This document shows positions 45,134 to 54,084 of a stretch of 64,000 nucleotides of DNA, piece by piece. The stretch is from an uncultured Actinomycetes bacterium (GTDB lineage: Bacteria; Actinomycetota; Acidimicrobiia; IMCC26256; PALSA-555): the NCBI GenBank assembly GCA_963714105.1, contig OY970233.1, forward strand, positions 755,933-819,932, given 5' to 3'. Made by a program: the position numbers and the translations under genes. The notes beneath the pieces are model-generated. The model had not been told where the DNA came from. It ran no database searches and saw only the letters and a program-made list of their open reading frames with translations. How positions within the stretch are numbered: position 1 is the stretch's first letter; each line of letters begins with the position of its first letter.

Positions 45134-46242
45134 CAATTGGATGCTATTGGGCCGCGGGGACGCTCGATGGTGGTGTCGTGGGGACGGTGGAGCCGCCGAG
45201 CTGGTGGAGGGCGTTCGAGCGCGTCGTTGATGTTGGCCACGGGGAAGATCCGGAGCCCGTCGGCGTGGGCTCGGGCGTCGCTGGCTTCGTCGGTGGGGAC
45301 GAGCATCGCGACGGCGCCATGACGCTTGGCGGCGATCTCCTTCTGCACCACCCCGCCGACCGGGCCGACACTGCCGTCGGATTCGATGGTGCCGGTGGTG
45401 GCGATCCGGTGCCCGCCGGTGAGGTCACCCGGGGCGAGCTGGTTGATGAGCGCGAGCGTGAACGCGAGCCCGGCGGACGGCCCGCTCACGCTCGGGATGT
45501 TGATCTTCACGGTGATCGGGAACCGCCAGGCGCTGAGGGTCTGGGAGACGATGCCGAGGAACGCGTGGCCGCCGCTCGCGCCGGCGCGGACGGTGACGTC
45601 CACGGGTTGGCTGCCGCGGCGGACGGTGAGGTGGATGAGGTCACCGGGTTTGTGGGCGACGACGAGGGGGCGGACTGCGGTGGCGGTGGTGACGGGCTGG
45701 CCGTCGACGGCGGTGATGAGGTCACCGACTTGGAGGTGGTGGTCGGCGGGCCCGCCGCACTGCACGTCGGCGACGACGACGGCGTCGGCGAGGTGGGTGA
45801 CGGGGTAGCCGAGCCGGGTGAGCGCGACGGCTTTGGCGGTGTCCTGGGAGTCGGTCCAGAGGAGGTCGTTGAGGCGACCGTCGGCGGCGTAGGAGGCGCA
45901 GCCGAGGACGTCTTGCTTCTTCTCGACGCTGTCGCTGCTGCTGAGGCTGGCGAACGCCCACCGGTACAGGTTGGGATCCTGGGTGCTGACCTGGACGGTG
46001 AGGAAGAGGACCTGGCCGCGGTGCGGGTAGGTGGGCGCCCCGGAGACGGTGACGGTCCGGGCGTTCAGGGCGGCGGCGTCACCCGGCGAGACGATCACGT
46101 AGGGGACATGGATGACCGCGGCGGCGACGGCGGCGACGGCGAGGACGCCGGCGAGGATCGCGGCGACGAGGCCCAGGGTCCGGCGGCGCCGGGGGCGGGG
46201 CGGGCTCGGGGAACCGGCGGCGCCGTCGGGCGGGCTGAGCAC
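45133..46242 (-). CDS. PDZ domain plus Lon-like (S16) serine protease, YlbL/SepM-like, membrane anchored
   Basis: ORF 45133..47370 trimmed to the GTG at 46242 behind GAGAGGAG. It has the TM helix LGLVAAILAGVLAVAAVAAAV, a PDZ segment (GDLITAVDGQPV) and the Lon catalytic region SGPSAGLAFTLALI ... GTIESDGSVGPVGGVVQK. Confidence 0.85.
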   Translation of the reverse strand: MLSPPDGAAGSPSPPRPRRRRTLGLVAAILAGVLAVAAVAAAVIHVPYVIVSPGDAAALNARTVTVSGAPTYPHRGQVLFLTVQVSTQDPNLYRWAFASLSSSDSVEKKQDVLGCASYAADGRLNDLLWTDSQDTAKAVALTRLGYPVTHLADAVVVADVQCGGPADHHLQVGDLITAVDGQPVTTATAVRPLVVAHKPGDLIHLTVRRGSQPVDVTVRAGASGGHAFLGIVSQTLSAWRFPITVKINIPSVSGPSAGLAFTLALINQLAPGDLTGGHRIATTGTIESDGSVGPVGGVVQKEIAAKRHGAVAMLVPTDEASDARAHADGLRIFPVANINDALERPPPARRLHRPHDTTIERPRGPIASN

Positions 46243-46281
46243 AGCTACCCCGCTCCTCTCGCGGTGGTCGATACTGGGGGG

Positions 46282-46518
46282 GTGGAACCCCAGCCTGCCA
46301 CCCCGACCCCGCGTTCGAACGGGCAGGGTGCCGACATCGTCGCCGCGTTCCGGAACCTCGCCGACGGGGTGCGCCGGCTGCGTGCGGTGCGGTTCTACAA
46401 GCGCAGCTCGGCGTTGGTGCGCTGGTTCATCCTGGTGGTGCTGATCGGCGCGAGCACCGCGTTGGTCATCGCGGCGGCGATCTCGATCCTCGTGTCGGCG
46501 ATCCCCAGCTCGGGGTAG
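46282..46518 (+). CDS. Candidate small C-terminally membrane-anchored protein (78 aa), possibly leaderless
   Basis: The C-terminal part of ORF 45091..46518 is protein-like (ADIVAAFRNLADGVRRLRAVRFYKRSSALVRWFILVVLIGASTALVIAAAISILV). The in-frame GTG at 46282 lies 6 nt after a GATACT -10-like hexamer. Confidence 0.4.
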   Translation: MEPQPATPTPRSNGQGADIVAAFRNLADGVRRLRAVRFYKRSSALVRWFILVVLIGASTALVIAAAISILVSAIPSSG

Positions 46519-46541
46519 CCACGGTCGCCTCCGACGACCCG

Positions 46542-47192
46542 GTGGCGCGTGCCGCCGCGCTCGCCACACTCGGGCACCGGACGCGGCTGCCGACCGGCGC
46601 GACCCGCACGCTCCTCGACGCGCTCGAGACCGACCCCGACCGGCGAGCCCGGGCCGCGGCACTCGGCGCCCTGATCCGCCGGGGCGGACCCGACACCGCG
46701 ACGCACGCGTGGACGGTCGCGGCCCGCGACCCGGACCCGTCGCTGCGGCGACGAGCCGCGGAGCTGGCGCCTGTGCTGGTCTCGGTGGCGTCGGGGGCCG
46801 CGCCGCACGCCCGCCTGATCGGGTTGCTGGACGACCCGGACGTGACCGTCGTCGAGGCGGCGGCGTGGGCGCTGGGCGAGCTGCCGGGCGGTGGGGCTGC
46901 GACCGCGGCGTTGACCCGCGTCGCGGGTGCTCATGACGACGCGTTGGCCCGCGAGGCCGCGGTCGCGGCGTTGGGGGCTCGCGGGGACCCGGAGGGACTC
47001 CCGGCGGTGCTCGCGGCGTGTCGTGACGTGGCGACGGTGCGGCGCCGGGCGGTGCTGGCGTTGGCCCCGTTCGAGGGGCCCGCGGTCGACGCCGCGTTGG
47101 CGGAGGCGAGCCGCGACCGGGACTGGCAGGTACGTCAGGCCGCGGAGGATCTGGGTGCCGGCGGAGCGGATCCCGGGGCGGGTGATCAGTAG
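46542..47192 (+). CDS. HEAT-repeat (PBS-lyase-like) protein
   Basis: Intact 216-aa ORF with repeated D-P-D-x-x-V-R-x-x-A-A-x-A-L-G units (DPDPSLRRRAAE, DPDVTVVEAAAWALGE, DRDWQVRQAAEDL). Confidence 0.7.
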   Translation: MARAAALATLGHRTRLPTGATRTLLDALETDPDRRARAAALGALIRRGGPDTATHAWTVAARDPDPSLRRRAAELAPVLVSVASGAAPHARLIGLLDDPDVTVVEAAAWALGELPGGGAATAALTRVAGAHDDALAREAAVAALGARGDPEGLPAVLAACRDVATVRRRAVLALAPFEGPAVDAALAEASRDRDWQVRQAAEDLGAGGADPGAGDQ

Positions 47193-48214
47193 GAGCGGCG
47201 CTGGGTGCTCGGCCGGGGCCGGTCGAGGAACATCTCGCGGACCTTGTCGAAGGACTCGAGGCAGCGGCCGGCGCCGAGCACGACGGTCTCGAGCGGCATC
47301 TCGGCGAGGCGGACGGGGACGCCGGTGTCGTGCTCGATGCGGGCGTCGAGCCCGCGGAGCATGGAACCACCGCCGACGAGGTGAATGCCCATCTCGAGGA
47401 GGTCTTGGGCCAGCTCGGGTGGCGTCTCGCCGAGCGCGAGGCGGGCCGAGCCGATGATCCGCTGGATGGCCTCGTCGCAGGCTTCGCGGAGCTCCTCGGG
47501 TTCGAGGACGACGGTGCGGGGGAGGCCGCTCATGAGGTCACGGCCGCGGACCTCGGCCTTGTACTCCTGGTCGGTCGGGAACGCGGAGCCGACCGCGATC
47601 TTGATCTCCTCGGCGGTGCGTTCCCCGACCGCGACGCCGTGGTTGCGGCGGAGGTGGTTGGAGATCGCGGCGTCGATGTCGAACCCGCCGATGCGGACCG
47701 CTTGGAGCGCGACGATTCCGCCCATCGAGATCACGGCCATCTCGCTGGTGCCGCCGCCGATGTCGATGACCATGTTGCCGAGCGGCTCGTGGATCGGGAG
47801 TGACGCGCCGATCGCCGCGGCCATGGGCTGCTCGATGAGGTAGGTCTGCGCGGCGCCGGCGCGGCGGGTGGCTTCGAGCACGGCCCGCTGCTCGACGTGG
47901 GTGATCGCGGAGGGGACGCACACGAGGACCCGGGCCCGTTGGAGTCGGGTGATGCCGGCCCGGGCGAAGATGAGCCGGATCAGGCGTTGGGTGATCTCGA
48001 AGTCGGTGATCGCACCGCCGCGCAGGGGACGGACGGCGACGATGTGACCGGGGGTGCGACCGATCATGTGCCACGCCTCGTGGCCCATGGCGAGGACGTC
48101 CTGGGTGCGGCTGTTGAGGGCGATGACGGTCGGCTCGTTGAGGATGATCCCCTGCCCGCGGGCGTACACGAGGGTGTTCGCGGTGCCGAGGTCGATGGCG
48201 AGGTCGCGGGGCAT
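47186..48214 (-). CDS. mreB: Rod-shape-determining actin homologue MreB
   Basis: Intact 342-aa ORF with DLGTANTLVY, IEQPMAAAIGA, VIDIGGGTSEMAVISMGG and VGGGSMLRGLD. Confidence 0.9.
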   Translation of the reverse strand: MPRDLAIDLGTANTLVYARGQGIILNEPTVIALNSRTQDVLAMGHEAWHMIGRTPGHIVAVRPLRGGAITDFEITQRLIRLIFARAGITRLQRARVLVCVPSAITHVEQRAVLEATRRAGAAQTYLIEQPMAAAIGASLPIHEPLGNMVIDIGGGTSEMAVISMGGIVALQAVRIGGFDIDAAISNHLRRNHGVAVGERTAEEIKIAVGSAFPTDQEYKAEVRGRDLMSGLPRTVVLEPEELREACDEAIQRIIGSARLALGETPPELAQDLLEMGIHLVGGGSMLRGLDARIEHDTGVPVRLAEMPLETVVLGAGRCLESFDKVREMFLDRPRPSTQRRSY

Positions 48215-48226
48215 CGGTGCCGGCCT

Positions 48227-48703
48227 CTACGCCGGGTGCGGGGCGTGGGTGGCCCGGACCGGCGGGGCGCCGCTCGCCCAGTCGGACCCGCCCGCCCAGT
48301 GCTCCCGCTTCCAGATCGGGACGGTCTCCTTCAGGGTGTCGATCGCGAACCGGGCGGCGTCGAAGGCCTCGGCCCGGTGGGGGGTCGACGCAGCGACCAC
48401 GACGGACGGCTCGGAGAGGGCGACGTCACCGACCCGGTGCAGGAGCGCGAGGCGCTCGACGGCGGGGAACCGCCGGCGGGTCTCGGCGGCCACCTCGCCG
48501 AGCCGGGTCACCGCCACCTCTTCGTACGCCTCGTAGGTGAGCGCGGTGACGCCGCCGCGGCCGTCGGAGTGGTCGCGCACCACGCCGCAGAACGTGACGA
48601 CCGCGCCCGACGCGGGCGTCGCCGCCCAGGTCGTCGCGCGCTCGACCGGCAGCGGCTCGTCGCTGAGCGCGATCCAGTTCGTGTCCGCGCTCGGTTCCAG
48701 CAC
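48227..48703 (-). CDS. moaE: Molybdopterin synthase catalytic subunit MoaE
   Basis: Intact 158-aa ORF with GAVVTFCGVVRD, LTYEAYEEVA and HRAEAFDAARFAIDTLKETVPIWKRE. Confidence 0.9.
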   Translation of the reverse strand: MLEPSADTNWIALSDEPLPVERATTWAATPASGAVVTFCGVVRDHSDGRGGVTALTYEAYEEVAVTRLGEVAAETRRRFPAVERLALLHRVGDVALSEPSVVVAASTPHRAEAFDAARFAIDTLKETVPIWKREHWAGGSDWASGAPPVRATHAPHPA

Positions 48704-48801
48704 GGGCCCAATGGTAGTGAAGGTCGAACGTCTGCTCCGATGGGGGTGTCGTCGGGTGGCCGCGGTTGGGTCCTCGAGGCCCGTCGGTACGATTGGTCGC
48801 T

Positions 48802-49965
48802 ATGCCCGTCGACGATCCCGATGACGAGCACGAGAGTGGGCTGCCCCCCGATCCGCTCGACCGGGTGTGGTTCCATCCCAGCGAGCTCGGTGCGGCGATG
48901 GCCGCGTGGCGAGGTGGGCCGACCACCACCCGTCGCGACTGGGGGTTCGCGGCGCTCGTCGCGCTGCTGAGCGTGGCCGCCACGGTCGGGGTCCTCGCCG
49001 CGGTCGGAGCGTTCCCGGGGGGCGGGACGTCGGGTCGCGCGTCGGTCGCGACGGTGCTGCCGGCGCCGGCGGCGGCGCCGAACTGGGCCGACGTGACCAA
49101 CGCGGCGACCCCGAGCGTGGTGTCGGTGCGGGTCGGCAGCCCGGCGGGCCAGAGCCTCGGCTCGGGGGTCGCCGTGGACGCGAGCCGGGTCCTCACCAGC
49201 GCGTCGTTCCTCTCGGGGGCGACCACGATCGACGTGGCCAGCGCCGCGGGTCGACTCGGTTCGGCCCGGTTGATCGGCACCGACCCGGACACCGACCTGG
49301 CCTTGCTCGTCGTCGACGACGGCAACCTGTCCGGCGCCCAGCTGGGCCGCAGCGACGGCCTCCGGGTCGGGGACAGCGTCGAGGCGTTGGGCCTGGGGTC
49401 GGACTACCAGCCGACCGCGGCGGGCGGGCTCGTGAGCGGCCTGCACCGAGTTGTCGCGATGCCCGGTGGTGGCGTGCTGGCCAGCCTCGTCGCGACCGAC
49501 GTGCGGGTACCGCCGATCGCGGGGGGCGGCGCGCTCGTGGACAGCACCGGGAACGTCGTCGGCATCCTCTCCGCGGCGCTGCCGGGCGCGGCGATCCCGA
49601 GCGACCTCGCCCATGACGTCGCCGCACAGCTCGATTCCGGTGCGGTGCATCACGGCTGGCTCGGCGTCGCCGCGGTCGACGCCACCGCCCGCCCGGGCGG
49701 CGGCGCGTTGCTCACCGTGGTGAACCCGGGATCGCCCGCGGCGGCCGCGGGCCTCGCGCCGGGGGATGTGATCACCGCGGTGAGCACCCCGAACGTAAAC
49801 GAGCACGTCAGCGACGCCGAGGGACTGGTCGCGTCGGTGGAGGCGCTGCACTACGGCGACCCGGCCACGATCACCGCCAACCGCGGTCGTCAGACCATGA
49901 ACCGTCAGGTGACCCTCGACGACCGGCCCGCCGTGCCCCCGGCGATGCTGGGCCTGGCCTCGTGA
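48802..49965 (+). CDS. HtrA/DegP-like trypsin-fold plus PDZ protein, catalytic His and Ser apparently replaced
   Basis: ORF 48766..49965 with the ATG at 48802. It has a TM anchor (FAALVALLSVAATVGVLAAV). The canonical TNxHV motif is TSASF here, GNSGGP is IAGGGA, and the Asp motif DLALL is retained. A PDZ segment (GSPAAAAGLAPGDVITAV) is present. Confidence 0.8.
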   Translation: MPVDDPDDEHESGLPPDPLDRVWFHPSELGAAMAAWRGGPTTTRRDWGFAALVALLSVAATVGVLAAVGAFPGGGTSGRASVATVLPAPAAAPNWADVTNAATPSVVSVRVGSPAGQSLGSGVAVDASRVLTSASFLSGATTIDVASAAGRLGSARLIGTDPDTDLALLVVDDGNLSGAQLGRSDGLRVGDSVEALGLGSDYQPTAAGGLVSGLHRVVAMPGGGVLASLVATDVRVPPIAGGGALVDSTGNVVGILSAALPGAAIPSDLAHDVAAQLDSGAVHHGWLGVAAVDATARPGGGALLTVVNPGSPAAAAGLAPGDVITAVSTPNVNEHVSDAEGLVASVEALHYGDPATITANRGRQTMNRQVTLDDRPAVPPAMLGLAS

Positions 49966-50005
49966 ATTTGTCTCGGTGGGTGCGGCCCGCCACGATGGAC
50001 GCGCG

Positions 50006-51076
50006 ATGAGCGAGCAGAGCCTCACGGAGCAAGACCGGGAGCTGCTGAACGCGGTCCAGTGGGACTTCCCGCTCGAGCCCCGCCCGTTCGCGGCGCTCGG
50101 TGACCGGCTCGGGCTCTCGGAGCCGGAGGTGCGCGAGCGCATCGAAGCCGTGAAGGCCGCCGGGGTGCTGCGCCAGCTGTCCGCGATCTTCGACACCCGG
50201 GCGCTCGGGTACGACTCGTCGCTCGTCGCCGCGAAGATCGACCCGGACCGCATCGACGACGCCGCGGCTCGGATCAGCGAGCATCCCGGCGTGAGCCACA
50301 ACTACAAGCGCAACCACGCGTTCAACCTCTGGTACACGATCGCGGTCCCACCGGGCGAGTCGCTCGACGCGCACCTCGACGTGCTGCACCGCGAGTCGGG
50401 CGCGATCGTGACCCGGAAGCTGCCGACGCTGCGGCTGTACAAGATCGGCGTGAAGCTCGACATGACGGGAAAGACCGCCGCGGACGCGAAGGCGGTGGTG
50501 TCCGAACACGAGCGGCCCGAACGGCGACCCCAGATGGACGCGCCGGTGCTCTCCGACCTCGAGGTCGCGGCGATCCGGGTGGTCCAAGAGGACCTGCCGC
50601 TGGTGGAGCGGCCGTTCGCGGCGCTCGGCGAGCAGATCGGCGCGTCGGAGGACGAGGTGCTCGGCCTGCTGGCCTCGTTCAAGGACCGCAAGCTCATGCG
50701 CCGCTTCGCGGCGGTGATGAACCACCGCAGCGCCGGTTTCAAGGCCAACGCGATGGGGGTCTGGGCCGTCCCCGAGGAGCGCCTCGACGAGCTGGGCCCG
50801 CAGATGGCCGGCTTCGCGCTGGTGAGCCACTGTTACCGCCGCCCCACGTACCCCGACTGGCCGTACTCGGTGTTCACGATGGTGCACGGCAAGTCGGCGC
50901 GCGAGTGCGAAGCGACGATCGCGGCGGTGCAGGCCGAGACCGGCGTGGACGACTACGCGCTGCTCTGGTCGGTGAAGGAGTACAAGAAGACCCGGGTGCG
51001 CTACTTCACCCCGGAGTGGGACGAGTGGCGCGCCGCGCACCTCGCCTCCAGCGTCGCCGCGCCAGCCACGCGGTGA
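50006..51076 (+). CDS. Fused two-module Lrp/AsnC-like siroheme decarboxylase-type protein (NirDL/AhbAB-like)
   Basis: ORF 49976..51076 with the ATG at 50006. It has two tandem modules (LTEQDRELLNAVQWDFPLEPRPFAALG...HPGVSHNYKRNHAFNLWY and LSDLEVAAIRVVQEDLPLVERPFAALG...VSHCYRRPTYPDWPYSVFTMVH). Confidence 0.8.
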   Translation: MSEQSLTEQDRELLNAVQWDFPLEPRPFAALGDRLGLSEPEVRERIEAVKAAGVLRQLSAIFDTRALGYDSSLVAAKIDPDRIDDAAARISEHPGVSHNYKRNHAFNLWYTIAVPPGESLDAHLDVLHRESGAIVTRKLPTLRLYKIGVKLDMTGKTAADAKAVVSEHERPERRPQMDAPVLSDLEVAAIRVVQEDLPLVERPFAALGEQIGASEDEVLGLLASFKDRKLMRRFAAVMNHRSAGFKANAMGVWAVPEERLDELGPQMAGFALVSHCYRRPTYPDWPYSVFTMVHGKSARECEATIAAVQAETGVDDYALLWSVKEYKKTRVRYFTPEWDEWRAAHLASSVAAPATR

Positions 51077-52070
51077 CGCTGGCGCCGGCGAGCGCACCGC
51101 CGGCGAGCACGAGCCACGGGCGACGCGACGCGGGCGGCCCGAGCGATTCGAGCCCGTCGACGAGCGCGGCCTCGTTGTCGTGGCGGGGCGCCCACCCCAA
51201 CGCCCGGAGCCGGTCGTTGGCGATCACCCACGGGTGCACGAGGTAGGGCAGTACCCCGGGGGGGACGTCGCCGATCCCGACCCGCCAGGTCCAGGCCAGG
51301 AGCCGCTCGAGGACCGGCGCGGGGAGCGCGGGCACCCGCGACGGGGGGCGCAGCGCCGCGACCTGACGGGGGTCGAGCCACCCGTCGGACGCGACGTTGA
51401 ACGTCCCGGGATGGTCGGCGAGGGCGACGAGCGCGACCGCGGCGACGAGGTCGTCGACGTGGACCGCCTGCACGGGCGCGGCGGCGCCCCGCACCCGCAC
51501 GGGGGGGCGGCCGAGGAGCAGCCGGGACGGGAGCCGCTCCGCGCCGGGACCGAGCACGGGGGCGCTGCGCAGCGTCGTGATGACGACCCCGGGATGATCC
51601 TCGTGCCATTCGGCGAGGAGCCGTTCGACCTCGGCGGCGAGCACCGCGGGTGAGAACCCGGGGTTGGGGCGCAGCGGCGCGTCTTCGGTGAGCGGCACCG
51701 GGTTGTTGGCCCAGGCGCCGTACACCGCGGCGCTCGAGACGCGCACGACTCGCCGGATCCCGACCGCGGCGGCGGCGTCGAGGACGCGGCGGGTGCCGTC
51801 GACGTTGACGTGGGCCATCATCGCCTCGTCCGGGATCGGGTCGACGACCGTCGCGAGGTGCACGAGGACGTCGATGCCTTCGAGGAGCGGCTTGAGCTCG
51901 GAGCGGGCGACGTCGACGAGGCGGAACTCGAGGTCGCGGACCCGCCGGCGTGGGGGGCGCACGTCGAGGCCGACGAGGCGCGTCACGGTGGGGTCCTCGC
52001 CGAGCGCGGGGAGGAGTCGCTGCCCGACGAGACCCGACGCTCCCGTTACGGCGATCGAGGTCACGTTCAT
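51006..52070 (-). CDS. NAD-dependent epimerase/dehydratase (extended SDR) with a C-terminal hydrophobic tail
   Basis: ORF 51006..52118 trimmed to Met17 (MNVTSIAVTGASGLVGQRL, GxxGxxG). It has SSAAVYG. The 3' end overlaps the convergent upstream gene by 71 nt. Confidence 0.8.
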   Translation of the reverse strand: MNVTSIAVTGASGLVGQRLLPALGEDPTVTRLVGLDVRPPRRRVRDLEFRLVDVARSELKPLLEGIDVLVHLATVVDPIPDEAMMAHVNVDGTRRVLDAAAAVGIRRVVRVSSAAVYGAWANNPVPLTEDAPLRPNPGFSPAVLAAEVERLLAEWHEDHPGVVITTLRSAPVLGPGAERLPSRLLLGRPPVRVRGAAAPVQAVHVDDLVAAVALVALADHPGTFNVASDGWLDPRQVAALRPPSRVPALPAPVLERLLAWTWRVGIGDVPPGVLPYLVHPWVIANDRLRALGWAPRHDNEAALVDGLESLGPPASRRPWLVLAGGALAGASVTAWLARRRWRRGARRATRPTPG

Positions 52071-52081
52071 AGACTGGCCGC

Positions 52082-53275
52082 GTGAGCGGCGGTCCTCAAC
52101 CCGGTGATGAGCCGTCACTGCCGTTCGGGTTCGGTGAGCTCGACCTGAACCAGCTGCTGCGGATGCTGCAGTCGGGCGGGCCGGTCAACTGGGAGATCGC
52201 GGCGCAGGTCGCGCACCACGTCGCCACCGACGGCAGCGCGGAGGCGCCGGTCGATCCGGACGCCACGACCCAGCTCGAGGAGCTGGCCCGGGCCGCCGCG
52301 ACCCACGTCGTCGCCGAGACCGGCCTGAGCGGGACGTTCGCGACCCACGTCCGGGTGACGGGCCGCCAGGGGTGGGTCGATCTGCACCTCGCGGCGTTGA
52401 AGCCGGTGCTCGAGGCCCTGGCCGGGACGCTCGGGCAGGCGTTCCGCGGCCCGGGCGGGGAGGACCTCGGGGGCCCGTCGGGCTCACCGGCGGATCCGCT
52501 CGCGGGCCTGCTGCCGATGCTCGCCCCGCTGCTGCTCGGCGTCCAGGCCGGCTCGATGATCGGGTACCTCGCCCAGCATGCGCTGGGCCGCTACGACCTG
52601 CCGCTCCCCACCGCGGACGACCCGTCGCTGTGCTTCGTGGTCCCGAACCTCGACGAGTTCGAGGAGGCCTGGTCGCTCGACCGCACCGATCTGCGGTTCA
52701 CGGTGGCGATCCATGAGGTGGTGCGCGCCGCGACCCGGTCGGTGCCGTGGGTGCGGGCGCGGCTCTTGGACCTGGCCACCGAGTACGTGTCGGCCTACGA
52801 GGTCGACCCGGCGGTGCTGAGCGAACGGTTCGGTGACCTCGACCCGTCGAACCCCGAGGCGCTGCAGGGCCTGGCCGACCGGCCCGAGGAGCTGCTCGGC
52901 GCGATGACGTCGGCCCGTCAGGGTGGGCTGCTCGAGCAGCTGCGCGTGTTCCACGCGGTGCTCGAGGGCTACGCCGACGTGGTGCTGGACCGGGTGGGTG
53001 GCCGGCTGGTGGGTTCGTTCGCGCAGGTGCACGAGGCGGTCGCCCGGCACCGACTCGAGCGGGGTGAGGCGACCCGGTTCGTGGAGCAGCTGCTCGGCTT
53101 GACCCTCGAGCGGGACGACTACGAGGCCGGCGCCGCGTTCTGCGCCGGGGTGGTGGAGCGGGCCGGCCCAGAAGGCCTGAACCGGCTCTGGGACTCGCCG
53201 CGGATGGTGCCGACCGCACCGGAGCTCGAAGCACCGGGGTTGTGGCTGGCCCGCATCGATCTCGACCTGGGCTGA
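52082..53275 (+). CDS. Zincin_2/DUF2342-like putative metalloprotease (397 aa)
   Basis: Intact ORF with N-terminal LDLNQLLRMLQSGGPVNWEIA, and FTVAIHEVVRAATRSVPWVRARL where the family normally carries HExxH. Confidence 0.75.
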   Translation: MSGGPQPGDEPSLPFGFGELDLNQLLRMLQSGGPVNWEIAAQVAHHVATDGSAEAPVDPDATTQLEELARAAATHVVAETGLSGTFATHVRVTGRQGWVDLHLAALKPVLEALAGTLGQAFRGPGGEDLGGPSGSPADPLAGLLPMLAPLLLGVQAGSMIGYLAQHALGRYDLPLPTADDPSLCFVVPNLDEFEEAWSLDRTDLRFTVAIHEVVRAATRSVPWVRARLLDLATEYVSAYEVDPAVLSERFGDLDPSNPEALQGLADRPEELLGAMTSARQGGLLEQLRVFHAVLEGYADVVLDRVGGRLVGSFAQVHEAVARHRLERGEATRFVEQLLGLTLERDDYEAGAAFCAGVVERAGPEGLNRLWDSPRMVPTAPELEAPGLWLARIDLDLG

Positions 53276-53309
53276 CGTCCCGGTCGGCGAAGCACGAGAG
53301 GACGGGAAC

Positions 53310-54053
53310 GTGAGCGACGCGTTGCGGGTCGGTGTGCTCGGCGCCGGGGTCATGGGGAGCGGCATCGCGCAGGTGACCGCGACGGCTGGGTGCCCGACGG
53401 TGTGTTACGACGTCGATCCCGACGCGGTGGCGCGGGGCCGGTCGCTGGTCACGACCGGTCGGTACGGGCTGACGCGGGGAGTCGAGCGGGGGAAGCTGAC
53501 CCAGGCCGACGCCGACGCCGCGCTCGAACGGTTGCGGTTCACCGCGGACTTCGACGACGCGGCGACCGCCGACGTGGTGATCGAGGCGGTGCCGGAACGA
53601 CTCGCGTTGAAAGTCGAGGTGTTCCGTCAGCTCGACCGGGTCGCGCCGCCCGACGCGATCCTCGCGTCGAACACGTCGGGCTTCCCGATCGCCGCGTTCG
53701 CGGCGGCGACCGACCGTCCGGGGTCGGTGATCGGCTGGCACTGGGCGTCGCCCGCGCCGGTGATGCGCTTCGCGGAGGTCGTCCGCACCCGAGCCACCGC
53801 CGACGCGACGGTCGAGACGGTGTGCGCGCTGGCCCGCCGGTGCGGGAAGTCGCCGGTGGTGGTGCGCGACGTCGACACCGCGTGGGGGTTCGTCGCCAAC
53901 CGTGTGTACGGGGCGATGCTCGTCGAGGCCGGCCGGGTCGTGCAGGAAGGGGTGGCGACCGCGGAGGACGTCGACCAGCTGATGCGGGACTGCTTCGGGT
54001 GGCCGACCGGCCCGTTCGGGATGGTGCAGGGCGCGTCCGGCGGGTGGACCTGA
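53310..54053 (+). CDS. 3-hydroxyacyl-CoA dehydrogenase family protein (short, 247 aa)
   Basis: Intact ORF with VGVLGAGVMGSGIAQV (Rossmann fold), ILASNTSGFPI and FVANRV. Confidence 0.8.
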   Translation: MSDALRVGVLGAGVMGSGIAQVTATAGCPTVCYDVDPDAVARGRSLVTTGRYGLTRGVERGKLTQADADAALERLRFTADFDDAATADVVIEAVPERLALKVEVFRQLDRVAPPDAILASNTSGFPIAAFAAATDRPGSVIGWHWASPAPVMRFAEVVRTRATADATVETVCALARRCGKSPVVVRDVDTAWGFVANRVYGAMLVEAGRVVQEGVATAEDVDQLMRDCFGWPTGPFGMVQGASGGWT

Positions 54054-54084
54054 CCCCACGGCCCGCGCCGGGCGGCCCGGACGG

